Below the pieces are notes generated by a model. The model did no database searches. It saw only the letters and a list, made by a program, of their open reading frames with translations, and had not been told where the DNA came from. Positions 11,526 to 22,700 of a stretch of 64,000 nt of DNA are shown here, one piece after another; position 1 is the stretch's first letter, and each line of letters starts with the position of its first letter. The position numbers were made by a program, and so were the translations under genes. The stretch is from Mytilus californianus (taxonomy: Eukaryota). The stretch is from contig NW_026262734.1 of NCBI RefSeq assembly GCF_021869535.1, forward strand, positions 69,440,001 to 69,504,000. Direction: 5' to 3'.

Positions 11526-13639
11526 ACAATGTCTTGGTATCTTCCGATGAACATTTTTAGAAAAAGGACGAGACGTTCTTTGACATACCCCCAGTGCGTT
11601 CATCAACTTTCTGCTCACACACTGGTGACTTTTAACAAAGTCTGAGTAGCATCTGTGTAATTTGCTCCATGGGATGTTTTCAAAATTGCAACGAAAGAAA
11701 CTTCTTGTCATGAATAATTATCTACCTGAAACATGTGAAAGAATAATGACGCCACCAATGACTTTCACACCTGAAAACACACGTGTCCCCCTTTTCATTG
11801 AAACTACTACGGGTTAGAAAAAGATCTGTAATGTGGAGTAAAACGATCAGAAGTTACATCGAATTCAATTTAAAAGTCCTTTTACACGACGCCACTCTTT
11901 GACATCATGGATTACCCTAAAAAAAGGGGGAAAACACTGCAACTTTCAAGGAAGGAAAAGGAAACTAAAAAAACCTTTGAACTCAGTTCACCTGTTGATT
12001 TAGTTAACTTAAAAATATGCCCCTGTAGATTTTTTCTGGATTCCAAATTCGGTTGCTGTACAGTAAACAAATACCTATTTTCCCGAAATAAATAAGTACA
12101 CACATTTGATTTTGTTTATTTTTTTTAACAGTCCACGAGCTTGATTTCGATTTGTCTTGAGTTAATTTTATGACCATCTTATGACTATCATATGATATGT
12201 CATAGAATGTAAATCATAGCTGTCAAAAGATAGTCATACCTATGATGCTTTAATGATAGTCAAAAGTGAAAATATGTTACTATGAAAATTATAACTAATA
12301 CTATTCTTATCTTATACGAATATTTCATATTTTTTCCAGTATAATGAACGCGATGAACATAAAAATTATATATGAATAGGAGTTAAAATCTGAGTTGATA
12401 ATTTGTTTAAATTTAATGGTTAGAACTTCGTGTTCATGTATTATTATAATGAAGTGTTATCTAATTAGGAATGCTTTTAATATTTGGTATACATAGAATG
12501 CCTGTGCAAATACGTCAATGAACTACTATACAAAGAAAAATATCATAAATATTTATTAAAAATAATCATTACAAAGAAAAGGATTCCAAATTGTACGTCG
12601 CAGGACATTCAAATTTTAAATGACGAAGTGAAGAAGAAATAAATTTTTACTATTTAGTAGATTAAGCGACAGAATAAACAGTGCCAAAAAGAGAGCAAGA
12701 GAGGCTGCATGCAGAAACGGATGTTAAAAGAGAGGTCAGGGCCTCGCCCCCTATGAAGCTACACATATAGTTTATGTATAGACTTTTAGCATATATCACT
12801 CCAAACGATGCCTAGTTTGGGCCCCCTTTTTTCACAATCCTAGATCTCATTCTGCATGTTGCATGAGCAAATAAGAAAATGTGTGATGTCGTAACATTTA
12901 TGACAATCATAAGACCATCATAAGTAATGTCCCGAGGTGTCTTAAGTGTACGATCAAAGTTATGAATATCATGACTTGAGACGCCTTCAGATACATATCT
13001 TATGACATGTCCTTAAACCATTGTAAGACATGTCTTAATCATAAGATACTTTTGAAAACCATGCTTCATGGCTTGTTTTTCAATTTCCTCCGTGTCCCTC
13101 ATATAAATAATTGCAAATTCATGATACCCTACGTGAACAGATCTACAACATTTTAAAAGTTGCAATTGGTGCTATGTAAATGTGACCTACAGTCACTTTT
13201 CATTTTGTCTGCTACGACTGTAAATGGTATTTAAATATTTCCAATAAACAGTAATTTTCAAAGTATTACAAAGAGGATAATAAAAAAAACATAGCACTTT
13301 TTTATTTTACCGCACATATATGCTCAAATAGTTTTCCTTTTAGATATTTAGATCTATCATTTTTGTTGGGACTACATTAACTTGCGTATACACTTTTCGT
13401 AGTGCAACGGTTTTGACGTTGGGTGACTGGCAGTAACCCTTCACATAAGCTTTTATCCTCGTGCATTTTGTTCACGCATGTTTTCAATATTAGTTTTATA
13501 TAAATTTAATTTTATTATGATTAGAAATTCCTACTTTAATTTTGGGACTATTATATTATATTAGTACAATTATAACAGTCCCAGTTTAATTACATGTTTC
13601 CGTCAATCATGACAATCCGGATTGATTGAACATACCGTT

Positions 13640-13730
13640 ATTGTTAGGAACCAAGTCACGTGTGTAAACAAGAAAGAAGATCGAACACGTCTGAGTCGCG
13701 TGGCAGTTTCTAACAAAATGGCAGGAATTT
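13640..13730 (+). promoter_or_regulatory. Candidate proximal promoter / 5' UTR of the PEP mutase gene
   Basis: E-box GTCACGTG at 13655-13662, locally CpG-richer sequence, and a YY1-like CAAAATGGC overlapping a strong-context ATG (aaaATGG) at 13718. Confidence 0.5.
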
Positions 13731-13787
13731 CATCAAGTTATAGACTATTTACGTTTTGCAGGATGTTGAATCTACATATGAAACATG
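13718..13787 (+). CDS. pepM: PEP mutase exon 1 ([23 protein letters not shown]-), putative presequence
   Basis: Strong ATG context. The G|GTAAAA donor is phase 1 and joins exon 2 in frame with no stop. Confidence 0.68.
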
Positions 13788-16700
13788 GTAAAAATAAATT
13801 ATGTTTTTTTAATTTCAAACAAAATGTTTAGAATCGTGTTAGCACGCACACGCAAGGTGCTTGAACTGGTTCTTTTCGTATGAAATACCGGTAATTGTAA
13901 GTAGGCGACAGGTAACATTCAGAAGTAAACCAGTTCGACAAAAGTTTGACCAGAGCACCGAAAATCTATTGACAGCTATTTTTGAGGAAAGTGTTTCTGA
14001 AGGATTAAATAACATACTGATATTAAAGTACTATTTGCACTTGTGTAAAACACCCAAATAAGTTACCTGATTTTTTTTCAGCTGCTACCAAAGACAGCTC
14101 TTTTTGTCCACTTTGTCTTTGGCTTGGAAATTTTCTAATATTAAAAAATACAGTATTTTTTAATAGTAGTAAATGTATTCTTAATATTAGAAAATCATTT
14201 CTTACAAGGTCAGTGTTTTGTTTCATTTCAATAATAGTTAATGGAAAATAATAAACTTTCCCTGATAATATATTGTTAAACTAGTCCAAATAATTATGAC
14301 ATCTTGGAAGGCTATTTTAAATTTTTGCTTTGACGCCTTCCTGCGATGTAAGGCGTCAAAGAAAAAAATATAATAGCCTTTCAAGATGTCATAATTATTT
14401 GGACTAATTGTTAAACTAACATTTGGTACATGAAGATGTCAACTTTCTATACCAATACACAAGACACTTATAACACTAACTGCCTTAATTTTACCTTCCA
14501 TCTTTCCTGTCAATTGTCTACTATCTCAACATAAAATAGCACTGTAAAAAACATCCAATTAGAAAAGTCATTGTGTGTCTGAATAAAAATAAGTTTTAAA
14601 AAAAAAGACTTAAACCTGAGAAGGAAGCATTGCTTTACCTTTTTGCAATCTTGTTAGCAAATTCATATGCCCCAGAACCAAACCCTGGTCCTAGAGCACT
14701 AAAATACCCTTGTGGAACTTGCAGTAAGGCAGTCACCTGGAAAACTGCAGGTGTGTGCTGCGATTCTTGGGACAAATATTACTGGTACCACAAAAACTGC
14801 TTAGGCATGGACACTCATATCTATCAGGGTCTACAAAATATTAAATGGGAATGTAATCTTTGCGGAATGCCTAATTTCTCATCATGCATCCTTAACTCAA
14901 CACCATTTGAATGCACAAACACGTATGAACCATTAAGTTACCAAATTTGCACTGACAATCAGTTACATGTAAAACACACAGACAGACCTACAAACGATGA
15001 AAGTCCTAAAGTCTCGTCTGACACAAATATAACCATGATAACTGTTAACAAGTTAAACACTAAATCAGTCAAGAAGGTATATTCTAAACCATCAAAATAT
15101 CCATGTGGATCATGCAATGGAGTAGTTACTTGTAAAACAGACGCTCATGGCAGGGTATTTATACTTCTATCTGACAAATATCTCAGCTCAGAACCACCTG
15201 ATTTAAAATCTGATGATACTTAAGTGAACACCTGTGGGTCAAGGTGCAAATTATAGGGTCACCTGATTTATACATAGGTAGTTTTTATAAACCTCCAAAT
15301 AAAACTGATGAGGACTATTTAACACACTTAGGAAAATCTATTTCCAGAATAAGGCATAGTGAAAATTGTCACCTTTGGTAGGTGGTGATTTTAATTTAGG
15401 TGGAATCGATTGGAATAATTACTCCATAAAACAAAAGGCATACAATTCAAAACAATGTCAGCAATTAATAGACATGTGCCAAGACAACTATCTAGAACAA
15501 GTTGTAACAACACCAACACACTATACAGAAACATCAGAGTCTATACTTGATCTCTTTTTTACTAATAACAGCTCTATAGTAAATAAAACTGAAGTTGTTC
15601 CTGGAATATCAGATCACGAAATTATATACATCGAATCCAACTTAAAACCTACAAATGTATAAAAGCGAAAAAACACCTAGAAAAGTATTTCTATACAACA
15701 AAGTAAATACTGAGCAAATTAAAGAAAAGATAAATAATATAAATCTTGACAATATTGCAAATATAGAAGAACTTACAATCGATCAACTTTGGGTTTAAAT
15801 TTCAAAACAATGGTATTGAAAACCATGGAAGAGTCAATTCCAACTAAAATGATAAATAACACAAAACAGAAACTACCATGGGTTAATAAAGAGATAAAAT
15901 CACTTATTAGAAAAAGGAATAAATTGTTCAAAAAAATGAAAACAGACTCACACAATAAAATTAGTAAACAGTACAGGGAATTCTAATATGACGTCCTTCT
16001 TTCGCTTTGGAAACAAAGCCATGTTCTAATTACAATAAAACATGGGCTGCACGTGATTGACGTCACAATTGATATTGCAACGTCAGTTGTATTTTGAACA
16101 ATGCCAGAGGTCGAAATGGACAGTTTTGTTGGTGTTGCTCGCTAGGAAATTAAATAAAATCATTCTAAAATTAAGTTTACGTATATATATGTTAATTTTT
16201 TTATCGTTCAACTGTTGATTTTCTATAACATTTTTGGTTCATCAAATCAAAATTGCTGCCTTTTGAATGTGTACTATATAGGTCCGCTGCGAAGTACAAA
16301 AGCTCTAAATATTCTTATCAGCATCGAAATAATTCTATCCTGCCATGCTTTATGCTAATTTTAACATGGGAAGGCATTATCTTTGTCAATATTTAACACC
16401 TCGCTAACTCTCGGTATACAGATATTGACAAATATAATGCTTACCCATGCTAAAATGAGCATAAAGCATGGCATAAAAGATTTCTTAAACAAAGAAACTC
16501 GCAGATGACTGTATTTTATACAGAACAATTAAAAATCAGCAAGATTGTACCATCCTACAAAATGACTTAGACTGCCTAGCCAAATGGGAACAAACTTAGG
16601 GTATGAAATTCCACCGAGAAAAATGCAACTCCCTCACTGTAACAAGATCACAGTCACCATACAATCATAACTATGTACTTAAAGGCCACATTTTAGAATC

Positions 16701-19700
16701 CGTAAGCACAGCAAAATATCTTGGTATCACCTTATCCAACAAAATGTCATGGGATAAAATTGAGAATGGAAATGGGGAATGTTTCAAAGAGACAACAACC
16801 CGACCATAGAGCAGACAACAGCCGAAGGCCACCAATGGGTCTTCAATGCAGCGAGAAACTCCCGCACCCGGAGGCGTCCTTCAGCTGGCCCCTAAACAAA
16901 TATGTATACTAGTTCAGTGATAATGGACATCATACTAAACTCCAAATTATACACATGAAACTAAAATTAAAAATGATACAAGACTAACAAAGGCCAGAGG
17001 CTCCTGACTTGGGACAGGCGCAAAAATGTGGCGGGGTTAAACTTGTTTTTTGAGATCTCAACCCTCCCCATATACCTCTAGCCAATGTAGAAAAAACAGA
17101 CACACAACAGTACGCACAGTAAAACTCAGTTTAAGAGAAGTCCGAGTCCGATGTCAGAATAGGAAACAAAAGAAAATAAACAAAATGACAATAATATATA
17201 AATAACAACAGACTACTAGCAGTTACTGACATGCCAGCTCAAGACCTCAATTAAACTGATTGAAAGATTATGTCTTCATCATATGAATATCAGGCACAAT
17301 CCCTCCTGTTAGGGGTTTAGTATTATACCGTCATAAAATATATGAGAAGAACATAACCCGTGTCATGCCAACAACTGGTTTTAGAATAAATGTGTTTAAT
17401 TCTGATGCAAAGACCCTATAAGTGAATCAATAATAAAGCCAAAATATGCAATCTTTAATGACCTGACAACAGTATCGTAACTATATCCCTTCTTAATAAG
17501 TCTGTTTAAAGGTTTTGTTAGCTTTTGAGGTGAATACTGACATTTTTGTGCTTTGTAAAGAATATTACCATAAAAGAATGGATGTGAGATACCCGAACGT
17601 ATAAGATGTCTGCATGTTATATTTAGGAATGATGTCCTTATACCGATGATAAAATTTAGTAAATGTTTTGACTAGTTTATGATATCGAAAAACCCTGGTG
17701 TAATAATTTTTCAGTAATACATAAATTTCTCTCGCTAAAATCTAATACGTTGTTACATACACGAGCGAATCGTACAAGTTGAGATATATAAACACCATAA
17801 GATGGTGGCAAGGGAACGTCACCATCTAAAAATGGATAATTAACGATAGGAAATGAAAAATTATCTCTTTTATCATAAATTTTTGTATTAAGCTTCCCGT
17901 TAATGATATAGATATCAAGATCGAGGAAAGGACAGTGGTCATTGTTAGTATTAGCTTTATTTAAAGTAAGTTCAACAGGATAAATTTCTTTAGTATACAT
18001 ACTGAAGTCGTCATTATTGAGAGCCAACATATCATCCAAATATCTAAAAGTATTGTTAAATTTTTGTATCAGATGTTGTTTCGATGGGTCTTTGCTGATT
18101 TTAGTCATAAATTGTAACTCATAACAATACAAAAACAGGTCCGCAATAAGTGGTGCACAGTTAGTCCCCATTGGAATTCCGATAACTTGACGATATACGG
18201 AATCTCCAAAGCGAACAAAAATGTTATCAAGTAAAAATTCAAGGGCAGATATAGTTTCAAAGCATGTCCAATTGACATAGTTCTTTTGTTTGTTGCTACT
18301 AAAAAATGACCTAAAACTGAGTAAAAGAGTATGAACATATGTATTCGCATTCTGACTTTTTAAATGCCCATTTAATTAGGTGTGTGAATTTTTTCTTAAT
18401 AAGAATATGAGGCAAAGTGGTATATAGGGTAGAAAAATCAAAATCACCAATATATGCATGCAATTTATCAAGTACTTCCAACGAGTTTTTGAAACTCCAA
18501 AAGTAATTAATTCCACTATTTTCAAAGGCCTTATTTGAACAATTTATTATCAGGTTTTTGATTGTACCAAGTGTACTTGTAAGTAGAATAGACAATTTAG
18601 TAGTGGAACAATGACTTGAAGACGAAATAAATCTATATTTGTAGGGTGATTTGTGTAGCTTCGGAAGCCAGTACATAGTTGGGACTTTCATTGTATTTGG
18701 TTCTGCTTGTAAAGAAGTAGCTACATGTAATACTTTATGTTTGTTACAGATATCGTTTTCTGAAAATGAAGTCAGTTGGAATGTTGGTGAATTAGTGATT
18801 TCCTTTTGCAGAACCTCAATGTAAAATTTACGTCAAACTATAATGATATTATTAGCAGCTTTATCAGCCGGGACAAAAACAAATTCCTTGGCTAGTTCTT
18901 TTAGTTTATGTTTGATACGAGAAATAGGATTTTTATGGTTGTTGTTAAGAGTAAAATGTTCTTTAAAATGTTGTATACGTATATCAACTATCTTCATTCA
19001 TGTCATTACTGAATTAAAAAAAGAGTCCATAGATTTTTTGTCAGCTTTTTCCCGTTTTATCCATTTCAAACAGTAAGCACGAAGTGAGTCGTGGATGATA
19101 TTACGACACTCATTCCAATTAATAATTGACGGGGGGGGGGGGGGGGGATATTTAGATCCTTTACTGAGGAATGATTTTAACTCTTGGTCGTGAACAATGT
19201 TAAGGTCTCCTGTTATAACATTGGAAATGGGGCCATAAGTGTATTCGGAATTACTACAATTACATGACGTAGGTGTATTTTCACTGATATTTACATCTTT
19301 ACAGACTTGGCTGTAATTAAACACAAATTTCCGGGTAGATTTCTTGTAAATATAACAAATAAGAGGGAGTTCAGTATTATCAAAATATCCAGGAATTTGT
19401 TCTTTAACAGAATGGTCGTTAAAAATACCTGCAATATTTACAAAATCAAAACCTTTATTGACATACTTTATTTTAATCAAATGTTTTTTATGATCTTCAG
19501 GGCGATCAATTTTGGGAAACAGTTTAGAATAACAATATGCCATTATAATTTGAACGATTTCATACTTAGGACTGCAATATGAAATTGTGTTGCAATCCTC
19601 TAAAATTTTATTTAATTTATTTATAGGTAAAGAACAGAGCTTGGTTAATAGATAATGTCTGCCGTTGTTTTTTGAAATAGAAATTAGGTCTGAAATATTT

Positions 19701-22700
19701 GTATGGTTGGTCCGAAATTTTCTTTGATTGCGATTTTTTCTACGCCCATTAGAACGGTTTTCACGAACAGTTTTAGAAACTATATCTAAAATGTTAACAG
19801 AATCGGTTCTTGATATATTACCAATTCCCATGATATTATCATTAAGACCGAGAGGATACCCATATTAACAACATCACTGCTAACATGGCTAAAGCAAATA
19901 AGATATTAGAAGAAACTTAAAAATAAATCAGGAAGAAACAAAAAGTTTGGCTTACAAATCGATGGTACGATCAAACCTAGAATATTGCTCTTCAGTTTGG
20001 TCTAACACCCAAAAACAAAAAAATAATATTGAAAAAGTACAAAGAAGGGCAGCAAGTTACATCACCAACAGGTTCCATAACACCAGTAGTGCCATGATTG
20101 ACCATCTTAAATGGAAGTCACTAGAAACTCGCAATCACACACTAACTTATAGCAGCAGATCCAAACCTTTACCTTTCACCATAGCCAGTCAAAAACACAA
20201 GATTCACCAATTCACTACAATATCAAACATTCAGCACCAGAACAGATTATTTAAGTACAGCTTTTTCCCATTCACAGTTGTACTCTGGAATTCACTTCCA
20301 CAAAACATCATCAACGTTAACTCTTTGGATTAGTTTAAATACTGATCCAAAGTCAGTATATTTAGGTATCTACCCTGTTTGTAAATATATGTAAATGTGT
20401 TTATTTTTAATTTTTGCACAAAATTATTTTTGATTATTGCACTCATAAAATTGTTATCTTTTAATAAGTGTCTGTTTGCGATGCGCCGACGTATAGTCAT
20501 CAATGTGCTGATGGATCGTTGTATGATGTAGATGTAGAAATAATATTGCATTGATTTCACCCTCCTACACCCATCTCTGGTACCTAGACTGGAGTTTATT
20601 TGAGTGTTAAAGTTTTGACCAAAACATATTTTGTATGAAGCTTGGAAGCGCTTCATACTAAAAATTGTGTACACTCCCAACGCTTTTACACATCATAACT
20701 TATTTAAAGGTTGTAAAAGAGAGCATGTGCAGTCATAAATGTTGTATTTAAAAGGGAAATACATGTAAGATATATTCAGCAGTTTTAGCTCACAGTTTGT
20801 ATCATTATGCAGATATCCTCTCACAAATGTAATATTATTACAGAGATTGGAAATGGACAAGTTATCAAGAGGAGCATGTCAAATAAAGTCAAGGTAATGT
20901 GTTACAGAACATAGGAGGGCTGGGTGGGGATGGATGATAATATGTAAGTTACAATACTTTGGGTAACAAAGATTTTAGATTTCGAACCTTGCCTTTTATT
21001 CTTGAAATAAGGTATGTTGTTATAAACATAACTATACAATGTAGTATGCTGCATCAGAAATCCTTGGGAGAGAAACTTGCTCTCTAAAATAGTCCATTTT
21101 TTGTCTGGTGTGGTGAGCCCTGCATGAAATATTTTGTAATTTACACAATTTTCACACCAGAAATACTTAACTCTGAACAATTGAGACACTTTGAAACTGT
21201 TTGGGGACATTCATTCCAAGGCAGAAGAACCATTCCATAAGTAAGTAAGTAAGTAAGTAAACTTAATTTATAGAGTCAGACAAGATATGTACAGTTTAAC
21301 ATAGTAGCATGAGCTCTGTCATATCTGTAGGGCTCTTTAACTGATATAATAATGATGAAACACCTTTAATGTTTTCCACTGACAGTAGAATTGATCACCC
21401 CTTTGATTTTCAAATGCAATGTTTTACATCAATATTCTATTAATTACCAGATGTTGGAATTTGTATAAACTCTATAAAGTTATTTTCATACTGCATTTTA
21501 TAATAAACAAAGAAAAACATGAGGGATGTTAAGAGCTTAAATCTGACCTTTCATTTATAATCCAGCTTTCAACTGAAAATTCAGTTTTAGTAAGTCATTT
21601 TTTGTAAGTTGACAGTAAGAGTAAGATATATATGCATGCACATAATCTTTCAATCATGTTAATTGAGGCCTGGAGCTGGCATGTCAGTAACTGCTAGTAG
21701 TCCTTTGTTAATTTATTTTGATCATTGTCATGTTGCTTATTTTCTTCTGTTACCTATTCTAACATCGAGACTCAGACTTCTTTTAAACGAGTTTTACTGT
21801 GTGTATTGCTGCATGTTAGTTTATTCTACATTGGCTAGAGGTATATGGGGAGGGTTGAGATCTCACAAAACATGTTTGGACCCGCCGCATTTTTTCGCCT
21901 GTCCCAGGTCAGGAACCTCTTGTCTGTTAGTCTTGCATGTTTTTTTAATTTTGGTTCATTTATATGTTTCGGAGTTGAGTGTGACGTCCATTTTCGCTGA
22001 ACTAGTATACATTTTTTGTTTAGTGGTCAGCTGAAGCCTGTCCTCGGGTGCTGGATTTTCTCGCTGTGTTGAAGACCCAATGGTGGCCTTGGGCTGTTTT
22101 CTGCTCTTTGGTCGGGTTGTTGTCTCTTTGACACATTCCCAATTTCCATTCTCAATTTTACATTAAGTATCCTGGATGCAGAGCACAAGATCAGACAAGG
22201 CTATAATGTCTAAATTACCAGCATTGACTTAACCGTCCTTTGCATAGTATGATAGACACTATTGATATAAATCTGTAGAGGGGTAACAGTGACAGGATTT
22301 TTATCAAAGTTCAGGACTTACATTATTATCACTTCGCATGTTTCCTGTATCACCAGTTTCCTTAACTACCATTAAGGGGATAATAAAGAAATATTAGGAG
22401 AATGATTGAAAAAAGGCTCCCTAGAGTATTTGTAAATAAGGAAAGATTTGTTTTCATTAGCTTCCAGAAGGGTTAAATGCAGTAAAAATAAATGGTTTTT
22501 TTCAGCTATCTTAATCATATGATTGCCACCCCCTCAAAACCTGACACTCCATTTTATATTTTGTTACATTTGATTATTACAGCTTCTAAATTAAAACAAA
22601 AGCTTCTCCTTTGAAACAGTAATTCAATTGAAACCAAACAAGCTTGATAAATTTGAAGTCACTCACAGTAATTCTAAACTGGATGATTGACAGATGGGCT

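Larger units (their letters stand above)
16757..19853 (-). mobile_element. 5'-truncated Penelope-like retroelement, Naiad type (N-terminal EN), nested in the LINE
   Basis: RT motifs [30 protein letters not shown] and FRYLDD. CxC...VITGD linker upstream of RT. A (P)LGLN GIY-YIG tail sits at the very 5' end and there is no EN after RT. GGATA is duplicated at 16752-16756 and 19854-19858. Confidence 0.88.
14570..20540 (+). mobile_element. Decayed CR1-group LINE (PHD finger - AP endonuclease - RT) in pepM intron 1, interrupted by two insertions
   Basis: PHD-like KYPCGTC...CCDS..WYHKNC...WEC..C at 14700-14880. Endonuclease motifs GGDFN, LDLFFTN and SDH at 15366-15620. ADDCILY...KCNSL...KYLGI at 16500-16755 resumes as HINNIT...[17 protein letters not shown]...EKVQRRAA from 19859. 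Ends in a GATGTA tail at ~20530. Confidence 0.88.

Noticed and set aside
18998-19000. First in-frame TGA of the Penelope-like ORF as a definite Sec codon
   Set aside because: The context ATG ACA TGA ATG looks like a short insertion/duplication and is not at an obvious Cys position. It is unresolved without a family consensus
19131-19147. G17 run giving a polyproline stretch in the retroelement ORF
   Set aside because: It is a homopolymer expansion or sequencing artefact in a dead copy
20902-21330. 102-aa minus-strand ORF and (GTAA)n tract
   Set aside because: There are no motifs, and the tract looks like the tail of a short truncated LINE remnant
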